From Dicyema japonicum (lineage: Eukaryota > Animalia > Dicyemida), in the NCBI GenBank assembly GCA_011109175.1, contig RDEW01000021.1, forward strand, positions 197,080 through 261,079: DNA of 64,000 nt, given 5' to 3'. This document shows, piece after piece, positions 1 through 13,899 of the stretch. Both the position numbers and the translations under genes were made by a program. The notes beneath the pieces were generated by a model. That model was not told where the DNA came from and did no database searches. It saw only the letters and a list, made by a program, of their open reading frames with translations. Each line of letters starts with the position of its first letter. Within the stretch, counting starts at the first letter, position 1.

Positions 1-3000
1 CAAATAGCCACATCATCTCATCAGTCTAACACATATAATCCTTAAATCACCTTAATTATCAATTTAGCCATTTTCGTTCTCCCATACTGTTGGGGGTGGA
101 ATGTTACGTATATTTCTGAGCTTTCGTCCTTTATGGGAGACAATATTCCTGTTCTAGGAAGACTGAGAGTTCCTTATCACTTCCCTCTTCAAAATAGGCC
201 TGGAATTTGTTTTCATTACAAAATCATTAAATTTAACTACTCATTGTGACTGGTCAGCTGAAACACGACAGAGGACTTTTTATCAAGTCCAACAGATTCT
301 ATCATAATTGTGTCGTCCACCATTGGGTGGTCGCTGTAAACGAGAACGGAAGACTCCACCTCTTCTCATTGGTCTTTGATAGCTGTAACTTGGCTTTGTA
401 CCAAATTGTGATGACAAATATTACTTTATTGGATATCCACAGTAAAACTTTACAGACATTACTATGTGATCCTGAGAGTCCACTCTGATTCCCCCAAATA
501 TATTGACAGAATTGTATTTGAGGTTATTAGCCTCAGAGACCCACTTATAGTCAAACTCTTCTATTACGCTTGGTTTGCCTAAAAGTAGTCTATCGATTTA
601 ACCTTTCCACTCCAAAAGAAGCCTTTCCGCCTCAATTTCACTGATAATATGCACTTCTGGCTCATTTTGGTGGTCGAGGACAATTTTGTATAATCTTTCA
701 GCCGTAGATCGACACGGTGTAGTAAATATGAATGAGGTCCCATAGCCATTATTAGTACTAATAGCCACCCCCTCAATGGGGAATGTCCACTCTATTGACT
801 CCAATTGGTTCATTTGCTGATTCCTACGAATATGCAATTATTTACTCGCAGAATGTGAAGTAATCCCCCGTCTTCGGTCTCACGATAACAGAGAGAGTTG
901 AGTTATAGTGGGAGATGAGTTGATTGGGAGTAAATGTAATAGGGATGTCCACCATTTCATTCGTTCTGAGTTGGGAGATTAATTTATTACTCAATTTAAA
1001 TTCATCCTCGTCTAATGAGTACACAAAGACTCCTTACTCGACAACTTCAGTTGGAATTTTATCGGAAAGTCAAAGGGATTTCTAAATGGGAGAAACGTCG
1101 TCGACTCAAACCCACGGTATGAGGTCACTGAGAGTATCTCCTGCTTCCCAGGTACGTCCCCAAAGGCTTCGATATAGTAGCTTAGTATTCCGAACTGTAA
1201 TCCCCAAAAGACAACAACCTGCTTAGACTGGAAGTTTATTGTGGCCGAATGTCCCTCGTATCCAATATTGTGGGGGATGAATATTATCTTCACGTCTGTG
1301 GAATCATTCGGGGGGACGGATATTGCCCCTTCAGCGAAATCAACAATTCTATACGAGTTCCCATTGTCTACGGTTGGGGTAATAATCACATTTTCATCAG
1401 TTGGATTGGGGATTGTAATCATAAACTCGTGCCAACTAGAATAAAAAAGAACAGGGGACCAATCCAATCTCACATCGAAGTGGGGAATTGTGATTGGGAG
1501 GGGATTCTCAGCAGTCAGTACGATTCATACCAAAACTCACCAATTCCGAATTATAGAATATTAAAACTACGATAACAACGACAGAATGCCTTCCATTGCT
1601 GTTCCCAATGTTTAGTGGAACATATTCCAACTCATAGACAGTACTTTGATTCCCCCCAATCGTAATTTCACTGGGACCATACAAATCCTGTCCCGACACG
1701 TCTACTTGAAACGACATGAGATAATCTGCTGGTTGGTCACCACAACCTGCAGTGATTTTTTGCTCTGAGTGTTGTACTCTAATCACTACCTGACAGGGAC
1801 AGATAATCTCCAACGTCTTTTCAGGTGGGGGGGTCAACGTTTATTTCCATTCTGTACCAAATAGTGGAGTCATTTTTAGTATTACTCTCAAACTCACATG
1901 AGAGGATGTCATCACCGTCACTGTCCAACTCTCTATTGGTAGTTATGACATATTCAACGCAATGGGGATTTCACACGTGGTGAACTGAATGATCCCTTGT
2001 ATAACCCTCTTCTCATTGGGGACAAAATAAAGTTGTAGTTTGTTTCGTTGAGGGAGGGAAGTAAACCTAGAAAGTCCACTCAGAAAGTCAATGTTTGTCT
2101 CAACCTGTTGATTATCACTTTATATACGTTGTAAGTTCGACGTCCGAATGACTCATTTGGGACTTTAAGGGACTTTGAAACTCTGAGATTAGTTATATTC
2201 CAAACTGTGTTCGCGCCTGAATGTTTAACAAAGATATTCTCCAAAGCGGATGATTTCTCCCCAAATCCAACCAACTCGAAAATATGCGAAATGTTGTCCA
2301 GTCTGTTTATTAGCGTGAGTTTCCCCTACTAATCAACCATTAATCTCCAACAGTGACAATTTTCTTGCTGAGAGGAGTGAAGGTTAGCTGATAGTTGAGG
2401 GAATCCCCAGCCTTCACAGTCAACTGTTTGGGACCAGAGAACTCTTTCCCCTCAATTTCAGAACTCAGCTTCCATATATTGTTAGAATTGTTGATCTGTC
2501 ATAAATCCATGAATAATACTATTGGAATGTTTTGTACCACAGATTGCTGTACAGGGGAGTGCATCTCTAATTTAGCCTGGATTCCCTTTGGATTGACCGA
2601 ACACACAATCTTGAACAGTCTGACGTCCTCATTGCACTTTAATTTCACTTTGCAGCTGTACTGGCCAATCTCCTTACTGAAGAAACTGATTGGGACTTCT
2701 AGAATGCCCTCCTCGAGTTCGTCTAAAGATATGCTTACTAATACACCTTCTTTACTCAATATTTCATTATATTTTGAGTATTTAAAGTCATTGAGTCGAG
2801 TCTCAAGGGGGACCTCAATTGTCTTTGGAGACAAAAAGTTACGACTGTCAGTAACCTCTACAGTGAACAATTTCGAGTTGAAGTGCTCATTTGTTAAAGA
2901 CAATATTACATTACAGCTTTGCACTTGTTGCTTCAATTCATTAATAGTCCGGGAGACCAAATTTTTGTTAGTCAGAGTGCCAGTCATCTTCCTTATTTCA

Positions 3001-6000
3001 TACTCACTCTCAGACATATTCTACAAAAGTACAATAACTTACTGATTGAGCCAAATAGCAGATTGCCTTATTATAAATTTGATTATACAACGGGAGTATT
3101 AACGTGTTCTCTATTTTTACATTCGGTTCGCACTTCCAATGCAGAATATTACTTGTGGCTATTACTTAGTTACAAGTTAACTATTGCTCTGGTCTGAGTG
3201 ACTCCCAATCACTGCTGTCACCTTCATCGGTAATGGATTGAGATCTTTCCCATGAAGGGAGTATATTATCTCACCGACATCCTCACAAGTGAGGACCAGC
3301 AATTCATCATGTTTCCCGGGGTACAACGGGAGAAACTTCAAACTCAATGATTTCGTGGATCCGCTTTCAATGAAAATAGACTCTTCATTGCAGTGAAATG
3401 ACTTCATTTTAACTGAATTGCTAGCAAATACTACTTTTTGTTTGCTGGGACATTTTGGTGGCTTCCGACAAATGGTGAATGGAACTGCGCTGAATTGGAT
3501 ATTTTCTTTGGTAGTCGCTAATAATCTGTATTTTGAAGTCCCCATCCTGACTGAATGGGTTCCTTATAGTGGATTCCACTGTTTGCCACGAATAGCACGG
3601 ACTTGAGAAATTTATAGTTCCCTATGAGTAACCAAATTATAAACCAGAGGGACAATTTCACTTACACTTCCTTCCAAATTGATAACAATATTGCTTCCCC
3701 CAATGATTCCCGGACATTTTGCGATTAGATACAATTTGGCCTCAGCAGGATTGACAAATCTCGCGAAAAATTGGACATCCAGCATTTTGAAACTGTTGGG
3801 GGGTATAGATATCGGATTCTGACCCTTCAGACTAAAGTCCATAGAGCCCAATCCTGTGATTAAGGCCGTGTAAGTGAAGGTGAATCTTGACGGATTCGTT
3901 ATTTTTATCTGAATTACAAAATGTTCTACCTTTTTCTCAACATGAGTGTAGAATGGAGAATGAAACTTAACAGTCTCCCTGGGAGTCAAATGTTTAAGGT
4001 TTTCGTATAAAAAGTGGCAAAACAAAATCATTATAATCTGATTTCCCTGTAAAATGTCAATTGGCTGAGGGTTATTAGACTGACCAACCACAATGTCGTA
4101 TTCCAGGGACAACATCCTCATTATTTTTACTAGGACGAGTGAATTATGAAAATATTCCTCACTGGTTGAGGGTCTTACCTTTACTTGGGAGATTACATCC
4201 TCGGCCTGCTCAATTCAAAATAATAATACCAAAAATGTAAAATACGACAACATGACGCTAATCAATATTATGGAGTCCTTCAAGTCAATCTCTACGTTGA
4301 GGACCTCTCGACTTTCCAAATACATGTCTATAGTGATTAAATGGTCTCACAGTTTTGGGGGGAGTATTTCCTCCACAGATTGGCCACACTCCATCTGTAT
4401 ATTTTATTAATCCAATTCACGGGGATGCATTCGTAATCCGAAAGTATGTTTGAAGAGTGGATATCAGATGTAGTATTATGGAAGTCAACGCTATATTTTT
4501 GTAATTTTGGGAAGACGAGGATCTAAGTCACCAGAAATTGTACTTTCAGAATTTGGAGGAGCAAGTCTAACCATGCACGTCTGGCTAGTGCATGAAATAG
4601 CACATGAAAAAGCTCTTCTGAGACTTCAGTAACTAACGAGTAAAGAAGAACTGGTCGGTTTTGGTCAAAAAACTTATTTTCCTTGGCTGAGAACTTGTTT
4701 GACCACAATTTAAAATCAAATTCATCCATCAAATATTCTGGTTGTAGCCAATTTGTAATCCCTCCTTGATTTCTGCCAAATATAACGGACACTACTTTAT
4801 AAAGTTGATTAATGTTTGGTATATCCAATATATCATGCTGACTCTCTCATTTGGGTCATTGGGGAGAGTATAGTCTGATGGAATGCCTGGTACAGATCGT
4901 CCGCAGATGTGCTGGATCACTTCTAATATTGAAGAGTTGTAATTCCCAAATTTTGATGATTTTAGAATTCTCAGATTGTCATTGGAATGGGAGAATGTCC
5001 TACTATGCACAATAAGGGTCACTTTTGTATGGATTAGAGGATTTTTATAAAAACGTATCCTTTAGGACTGGAGTAATGGGAAAACCACGTTTGAACAACA
5101 TTCAGCACACATGTGTAATAGTAAAAGTCATTTTTGCAAAATATTGGGAAAGCAAATCCATACGTGGAGATAAAGTCACTTACGATGGGTTTATCAGTCT
5201 CGTCTGAGGCCATATCCAAGTACTCCCTCTCAGCAATCAAACTATCACTAATATCTATCATACTCCATAAGTTACTGTTAAGAGTAGTGAGTTCTCTCAG
5301 GGTGTTCAGGGATGACGTGTTGAGAGAACGTTGAGAGACTGTGGTGGCATTACTGTTTGTATCAGAGATCTGCCCAAATGTTGCTGTTCTTTGAGCACTT
5401 GAAGGAGATTCGTGACTTGTCAACTACGACTAAGAATAAGTAATACATTTACAGATGGATCTCCAATGTACCATCCTGGCTGGTGTTCTCCAAGTAAGGA
5501 ATAACAGGAAAAGAAGAAATTATCAGTCGAGGCAACAACACCAATTGAAAAGCTACCATACACGACGACAACAAACCAATTGTCCATGTCATCAACAAAC
5601 ATTAGTTTCTCAAATAAAGAGATAGGCACGTGACTTTTGAAGTATACAATGCACTTTATTTTCTGTGATGAGTCTGTGAGACTTTCCTTAATGACTGCAC
5701 TGACCAAACACCCGCTTACCATTATCATGTTTAAATTCAACTCTGAAGTGAGTTTAATCCCCGAACTCTGGCAGTTTAACTTGGAGGGTTGAGTTCCTAA
5801 AACTTATTAAAGTAATACTTTCTATAATTCGTAACGAAAAGTGAGACTTTGGTGGAATGCTCGAGGGATAAGGGAATGGTGGGAATGATAAGTTCGCAGG
5901 GGTTAAATGATATTCTCTCAACCTTGAATACGACACTGACAATGATGGACTGGTATATCTCCAAATGCCCTTTAATATACACGTCAAGTCGGGACTTTAA

Positions 6001-9000
6001 GCTTTCTGCTGGGTCTGCCAATAATAATCACATCAGAGACAATAATTTAGCTGAATCTTCCACTCCAAAGTCTCCCCCGGCTGAATACTCACAGAAAATG
6101 TAGAATTTGAGGAAACAACACCATCTGATGAATATAAGCCAAAAAGTGGATTTTCTGTTAAATTCAAATAAGTTTGGTCAATGTTATATTCTAAAGTGTC
6201 TTTGGTTTCGTTTGTCAAGAAGATTGGCTGTCATTAACAAACTCACTACTTTTGATATTGGAGTCATCTTAGAATCGGTGAGTTGCTTGCACGTGACGAC
6301 AAACTCCACATTACAGCTGGAAATTGAAAGTGGTTGCTTCAGGGCAGTCCCTGATATAAACAGAGAAGTTATATTGAGAGAAGGGGACATCAACGGGAGA
6401 TTATCTGACATTGAATATCTGGTAGACTGTCGACTACGTGGTTTAATGAACACTCCATTTATTGAGATTGGAATGTCAAAGTCATAGGAGGCAATCTCAG
6501 AGTAACAAACCCATTAACCTCAGTCGGGTGGAATACTGCGGACAACTCCATTCTCTCGTCAGGCTGACTAAAGACTGTACAAATATTGTCGACTTTGTTC
6601 AGTCTCAGCTCTACACAGTAAAATATAACCATAACGTCTTTCATTCTGAGGACTCGCCACTAGACTAAAATCTCTGTAGTTCGACATATGAAACTCGACC
6701 TTTGCCTCATTTTGTGACTGAGATAATATCCCCCAATACCCTATTATCTATAGTAAATGGAAGATCGAGTGACGAGCCCACGTAAACTCCATCAAATTTC
6801 AAAATATCCTAAAGTCCATTGATGAGGATATACTGGTTTGATTTCAAGAAAGGTCTGACAGGAGGTTCCACTTATTCGTACTTCAATGTTGGGGGATGAT
6901 TGGAGTGATATCACCAGTTTGCAGTCAAATTTGTGTAGTTCCTGCATTATTACTGAGACATATATTTCTGTTATCTCGTTGGGTTTGATCACCCCACTTG
7001 TTGGAGTAACAATCATATCAACGATTGGGGAAGGATCAAGAATCTTTGTGATCATAAATATAACCTCATAAAAGGCGGGATTGTGACTCGTGTTGTGCAG
7101 GTATAATGTCTTGGTTACCTTCAAATAGAGAGGGAGGTAATTAAACTCTATTTTGTTATTGAGGGCCACTACTCTAGAAGATCCCATCTGTAATATTCCG
7201 CAAACAAGAAACCTTTGCCTTGCATTTGAATTCAATGCTCTTTCCCGCGAATATAAGCTGAAAGGTCGCCTCGTTGTTTGGATAGTGAGTGTGGTGGACA
7301 ACCTCACAGTCAAGGAATGAATGAGCACTAACCACCCCTGAACATAATAGATGACACATAACCGATTGCAGGACGAATTGAGAAGGAGACAGTATCGTCT
7401 GCGTTTGTTATAGGAATCCAGTTGAATTCTGTCTCCATGTTCAATTTGTTATAAATAGTCACTACCCCTCTCATGGCTGGGGGTTATACATAAAATACGT
7501 TCTGAAAGTATATTCCACTATTTGGGGTTATCGTCAGCATTCTGGTGGACAACTCCAGTTGGGGAGTGATAATCTCTCCAATCAACAGTATATTGTCTCT
7601 GAATTGGTCGTTTATGCAGTATTCGATAGATCTGACATGATTACAGACTTTACTTCATGAGAATCCCCGGAGTCGTAAAGTGGAGATCAATGGAGAAGGT
7701 CTTTGACTTTGCCGGAAGAATGGCTGTCAGGAGATCATTATTCTGTACTTCGAGGTGGTCGTTCTGATTATTACCCGATAATACCTTGGATGTTATTTTT
7801 ACGGAAAAGTCCAACCCGTTGAGGACTGTTATCATGGGACTACAGTCAGAGTGTACACAAATCTTTCCAAGGTCGACCACAATGGGATCTTAATAAATAC
7901 AAACCTTCACCCAGTCTTATCAAACACAAATCATATGCTGTCAGTGCACGACAAATGCCACCTTTGGCTTTTATTTTTGTGTAGTTTCGTTGACCTACGA
8001 CCTCAATGATACTAGTACCGTCAGGATGTTTTCCATATTCTTTATTTTAGTGGCACTCAGCAGCATAAACTGCACATTTGACTCCTCCTTGGTTTCTAAT
8101 TGTTGGCAATCAGGATTACCAATATTATCAGTCCCCACGTCCACCATGGAAAGATGAGGTGATTTCATTGCAGTCATCCCGTTCAGTTAAATATCAATAT
8201 TATTGTCAATTTTACTAAATTCCCTGCAATTATTCGAAATCACGACTTTTCTAGTTGCGTCTTTTTCGTTAATGTCGTGATCCCATGGATGTACTCGATG
8301 TACTTATTATCATGCTCTTTACGATCAAGAATCTCCCTATCAGATAGTCGGGATCGATATAATTGTGCCTCTTCTGGAGTGTGAAGGGGGTTCTACATTG
8401 GTGACGTATTATATACAGGTAAGTAGTTCCTCGCGGAAAAGGAGTGATGCTTTTGGCCAAATCGTTAGGGACAGCTATTTTCGCCTCACATAGATCGCTA
8501 TAATCAATTAGCCTCACTTTTGTACTGTATTGGAAGGATTTGTGGAATAAATTCAGTCCATTTCTTAAATTAGTTGTATTAGCATTCGCAAATGTTGGAT
8601 TACAGTTGATCCCACTATGTTTGTAATGTGAGGAGTTATTCCTGACAAATAATAACAAAATGGTCCAGGATTGAACCTCCGCTTGTTTTCATGTGGTTTA
8701 AGTTCGCATCTTCCGAGTAAGTGGAATTTGAAGCAATCGATGACTCCCTCCTTCAGAGAAAATGGGTTTCCCCCTTCACAAACAAAGGCTAACACTTTCA
8801 GTTGTTGATATAACGAAAATATGCCTTAAATGAGCCATCAGGAACAACCAATCTGGTTTGGGGAAAATATAACATTCACGGAAATCTTTTTTTGCGGTTT
8901 AATGACTCCCTCATTCGGCGATATTACAAAGTTTGCCACTCTTTTAAATCTGTATTTAATTGGGAGATATCTGTTCCTATTAGTTAGAGTGCACGTGTAG

Positions 9001-10278
9001 AGGGACTCCTCATCTGGAGACAAAACTCCGAAATTGTGTTCTTTCAGAGGGTACACACTCAATTGTACGGGGAATGCCTTCCCTATTATAGGCATTGGGG
9101 ACATTATGCCTGGTTGTGATATTTGTGACTTACTGTTATTTTCATTAAGGGAGTCCTCTCCAGGGATCTTTATTTTCACAAAAAACACCATTTCCTGAAT
9201 TGGGAATGGTCTCTCAGTTGATTTGAATCCACGTGTCGAACTTGGCCACCTTTATCGTCACCAAGGCCGAGTACCGTGGACTGAACGAAAAATCAATTTT
9301 CTTCACTTCATATGGTTTCAAAATTCCTTCCTTTGGAGTGACGTAGATAGGACATTCAGAAAAGAATCCGTCACTTCCACCAGAGTCGTGGACAACCCCC
9401 TTTAATCGTGTTTCATAACGAATACAATTTCTGTCCGACAACATCGTCAGCCAGTATTAGAGCATATACTACTTCTTCGGGGGACACGTTAGCCAAATAG
9501 GCCGTTTTAGCGTGAGTTGACCCGTAATAGACATTTCCGAAATTCAAACACTTCTTTGTTATCTTCTTTTCCTCATCTTCCACAAAATACAATCTTCTGA
9601 GGACGACCTGTCCCTTCAACTCCAATTGAACAGTTTTGTCATCAAACTCCAGTTCTATGTGTTCTGAATATTGTCCTTCATTATGAATCAGCATTTCCAA
9701 CTATTTCATTAATATCAGAGGGCACCTGCAAGGTCTGAGTACTCTTTGGGGGAATCCTCCCTTCCAGTGGACTAACGTTGAATGGAAAGTCAGATATTTT
9801 TTTAATTTTAAAGTTTCCAGGCGCAGTTCCCGCATTTGTAATCTTGACCTTTCCCTGAGAGATGTTTTTCTTGGCCACATTTGACCCAAAGTCGAACATT
9901 GAAGGAATACTCAAATTAGGTCGTGTCGGTGATCTACAATGGGGGACACTTTTTACATTTTAATCGGTACTTTCACTAGACTGTCCCCAATTTGCATAAT
10001 AAACTCTTCGTTGTGCTCTCTATCGCTGTTTAAAGTGAACGCAAATTTCATGACTGCGTCGATTCCAGGAGCTAATTTGTATTCCGTGGACTTGGAGACC
10101 AGTCGGGAAACCTAAGAGTACTGATGACTACAACCTCCAGTTTTTGTGAATATGACTTAACCTGTTTACTCTTACTTGATGCATTCAAAACTCTGATTTG
10201 GAAAGAACCCTCGACACCTAACTCAATCCCCTCCAAATTAATCAACGGAGGTTCTATGCTTACTCCCTCAAACGCCAT
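1..10278 (-). CDS. CFAP47: Cilia- and flagella-associated protein 47, multi-exon with tiny introns; 3' end lies beyond the left edge
   Basis: ATG at 10278 (MAFEGVSIEPP...). Minus-strand ORF pieces join across 21-25 nt GT-AG introns into repeated ASH/PapD-like Ig folds (FxVSPxEGxIPP, VxFxP), a central region (RRAWLDLLLQILK, calponin-homology-like segment) and a C-terminal '...VTFHPQQYGRTKMAKLIIK/TDEMMW'. Several single-base homopolymer frameshifts. Confidence 0.85.
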
Positions 10279-10336
10279 TGCCAACAAACTCCATGGTAAC
10301 AATATTTATTAAAATGGTTAGCCAACAAATAAAATA

Positions 10337-10737
10337 TTAGTTACCTCTAACAGGATTCCAGTCAGTCAGAACATCTCGGAGATATTTTCTCTCTATAATG
10401 TAAAAGCAAGGACAACCCAATTCTGGGAACTCTTGGGGGTGCTTTTGAATGTAATCCAACATAATTAAGTAATTCAACTTCTTCCTCTCGAAAAGATATT
10501 TATCTAATCTGTCTCCGATGAGGTATCCAATAATGATTCCAACTGGAAGCTTCCACACTCCCCCAGAGCAATCGGTTTCTTTGCATAGTAATTGTAGATG
10601 AACCCGCTGATAGATCCAAAAACAGTGGATAACACCGTTGGGTAATATAATCTTTGTTTGAAATTGTGCATATCACAGACTAATAATTAACACAAGGAGG
10701 AACATTTGGGCACACGCTGAGAGACCGACTCTGCCAT
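10337..10737 (-). CDS. NDUFC2: NADH dehydrogenase (complex I) subunit C2 / B14.5b
   Basis: MAESVSQRVPK..., two TM segments, C-terminus 'MLDYIQKHPQEFPELERKYLRDVLTDWNPVR'. 24-nt introns at 10680-10703 and 10393-10416. One frameshift in the G5 run at 10560-10564. Confidence 0.85.
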
Positions 10738-10859
10738 CACAGTAGCGAACAATAAAATAGTTCAAATTTCACTTTTTTTATTAATTATTTTATTTCTTAT
10801 ATATTCAATTTGGTTGTATGATCACTGTTATTTTAATGTATTTTTCGTAAGTTTATTAT

Positions 10860-12486
10860 TACAAAATTTCGTGCCTGTCTCCAACATGGACGATCAGTAT
10901 TGAATGTTATTGAAAAGGCGAACATAGTCTCTTCACACTACTATGACATCTTTAACAATCAAGAAATTGAAAACAAATCTCCAATAACATCAACGGCTCT
11001 TCTTAACTGCCGCATTATTATCGCGGAAACTATCAAGGCAATAGGAAAACTAAACTACAGGAAAGCGGCTGGTCCTGATAATATACCTGCAGAGTTAATA
11101 AAATGTGGACCCACTGAATTGGGTGAAATAATCACCATCATACTCAATAAAGCATTTGAAGACAAAAACGATCTTGGAATTGGGAGAGGATGGCTAATTC
11201 CAATACCAAAACCTGGGAAACCTAGAGGTCCCGCAAACAGTCTAAGACCAATAATTCTATTATCGGTCTTACGGAAAACCCTCTCTATCATTGTATTAAA
11301 TCGAATCAAAGGGAAAGTCGACAAATTCTTATCGCCTGGACAAAGCGGTTTCAGGGAAAAAAGATCAACCGCCGACATAGTATGGACGCACAGATGGTCT
11401 GGCGCTATATGTCAGAAATACAAAAAATGCATAGAAGTTCTGGGGATCGACATGAGTCGTGCATTCGACTCTGTACACAGGGGACTACTTATTAACATTC
11501 TGAATACATTTCTAGACACGGATGATGTTAGAATTATTTCCTTGCTCCTAGAAGATACTCACCTGGCTGTCAAAATCGGAAATACCGCTTCCAATTTTTT
11601 TAAAACCACTCGGGGAGTTCCACAAGGGGATTCGTTGTCTCCTATTCTATTTATTATTTATCTTGAGGCTGCACTGAGGGATTTCAGATTATCCATTAAA
11701 GGACAATATTATGAGTTGATTTACGCAGACGATCTGGACTTTGTATCGGATGATTCTGAATTTCTCAAGTACATAAACGAACATCTTCCTAACATTTTCC
11801 AAAAATGGTTCTTGAAGATAAACACTACATCATTCAGCCGTGCAGAGAGGATATCCGACGAGACGTGGAGAAGACATAAGAAGGTCGGATCGCTCTCGGG
11901 GGACGAGGAAGATGTAGCTCGACGGAAAATCCTTGCATCTGGTGCTTTCAGAAGCCTATCTAAAATATGGAGTTCGGGAAGAAGACTTTGTGGAAAAATA
12001 AAGCTTATGATATACAAAAACTTTGTTGTGCCCATCCTAATATATAACTGTGGGACATGGGGTTTCTCTAAACGGGCAATGGAGTCTATTGACAGTTTCG
12101 ACCGCAGTATGCTTCGGAAGGCACTTAATATTCACTACAAAATGAAGATCAAAAACGAACAATTATATAAGTTGAGCAAAACGGAACCATTATCCATGGA
12201 AATCAGAAGATCGAGATGGAGACTGTTCGGTCACATCCTGAGGATGAACCTGGATGTCCCAACAAATCACGTAATAGATGAATATTTAATGGAAAAAACA
12301 AAATCATTCCGAGGAAGGCCTAGAACAACCTTACCTATCACGCTAAATGAGGACCTAAAAGCCATAGGCAGGGAGTTGAAAACAATGGATGACCTCGATG
12401 AACTAAGAGATCTTGCGAAGCGGAGAGGCCTTTGGATGCGATTGGTGCAAAGGGTGGCCGGCGCGGCACAAGGGAACCTTAATTGA
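10860..12486 (+). mobile_element. RTE-clade non-LTR retrotransposon, 5'-truncated, uninterrupted RT ORF (528 aa)
   Basis: KAAGPDNI, GVPQGDSLSP, YADD, LFGHILRM, RGRPRTT motifs; no APE domain; no introns. Confidence 0.92.
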
Positions 12487-12509
12487 CTTTTTTTTATGTG
12501 TTCTGGCAG

Positions 12510-12860
12510 TGCTGATAATAATAATCTCTAACATTCCAAAAAATTTGAAAATTTGGATTGTAAACTTCCTGAATGGACGAAGACTAAGGGGAATTGCTCG
12601 TTTTACGTTTTCTGTCACTAATTTTTTTACCAAACGTGGTCCCACGGGTATTTCCACTGTCATGCATTCCCTTCAACTTCTTTATGAGCGATATACCTTT
12701 CCATAGCAGTAACAAAACTCTGGTCTTCGCTTATGCTGAGGACATAATCTTAGCAACAAGAAACCAATGCGTTCACAATAGTGTGTACCCTCTTACAAGA
12801 TTTACTGGACAACCTGAGCTGTTTGCTTATAAAGATCATTTTGAAAAGTCTAGCACATGA
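12510..12860 (+). mobile_element. Decayed Ingi/Vingi-type RT fragment
   Basis: LKIWIVNFLNGR, degenerate PQG motif and FAYAEDIIL in shifting frames; resembles 56586-57224. Confidence 0.7.
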
Positions 12861-13563
12861 TTTTTACCTCAAATATAAGACTAACAAACTCGGCAACTTT
12901 TTTGACCTGGGTGTATCCTGAGACTGGTGGATCCGATGACGTCTCTCAGGATTTGAAGAAGGCGCAGAAAAGTAAGGAATCCTTTAACCAGTAAATGCAA
13001 ATTCCTCTTCCAAAGTTTTTACTCGATGCTTTTATCATCAATTAATAATTCTTAATGAATCTCTCAATACAAATCGGAAGACAAAACATTCCAAAAAATC
13101 ACAAGAAAATCATGATCCAGCAAGTCTAAAGCTTATTTATTGGTTCTTAGCTGCAAATCTATATTTAGTTCCTTGGTCCTCATTATCAAGGGTTTGGTGG
13201 AACCTTCTTGAGTTTGATTCAAAATCCTATATATCTTTTAAGTGCCTCCTTATTGGTACCTTCTTCCACGTTAAATTTCCGTTATTTAGCAGGGGGTTGC
13301 AAGGCCCTATAATTGCAGATTTGGTATCCAATGTATTAAGCACATTAGGCTTGATGAGTTTAAGTGAACTTTCTCGGAATCTAGGGATCGATTCTAAAAT
13401 TTTAATTGATTTTTTATTTCATCAACTCAATATATAGGGACTTTTAGTAGTTCAACATCCCCAACTTACGTATCTGATCCTTTATTGTACCCATCGCTGC
13501 CTAGAAGCACTCTTGTCGACTTTCGTCTATCTGAGACAGAGATAGGCAAATCGGATTTCTATC

Positions 13564-13893
13564 TTATTCAGGTTCCGCAGTCGTAGCTTCCGTAACTAGA
13601 GGATAGATCCATAATCTACTGCCAACCATGCAAGGAGTTGATCGATATCGTGATATGATTCGGCTGAGCTCTGACAGTGGGAATCTCCACACGGTAGATA
13701 CATACTCAATAATCGGTGATATGGTCTGTTGGTAAAGTTTTGGGATGAATTTGTCCAAATTGTAGAGAGTCTTCTGAACGAGTCCACGTAAAACATTTAG
13801 TTTCTGAAGGTTCTTTATGAGGGTTCGTTTGGCATTGATCGTAAAGTTCAACACTTTTTCGTATGTTATCTTTAAAATGGCGGTTACTCCCAC
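13564..13893 (-). mobile_element. Decayed non-LTR RT thumb fragment
   Basis: KLNVLRGL...LYQQTISPIIEYVSTVW. Confidence 0.65.
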
Positions 13894-13899
13894 TGGACC

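Noticed and set aside
2395-3045. 216-aa plus-strand ORF and similar antisense ORFs
   Set aside because: Shadow of CFAP47 exons on the minus strand; the same applies to ORFs opposite the RT genes.
1827-10564. Programmed frameshifting or insertional RNA editing
   Set aside because: Shifts go both ways, share no motif and lie in homopolymers, so sequencing error is more parsimonious.
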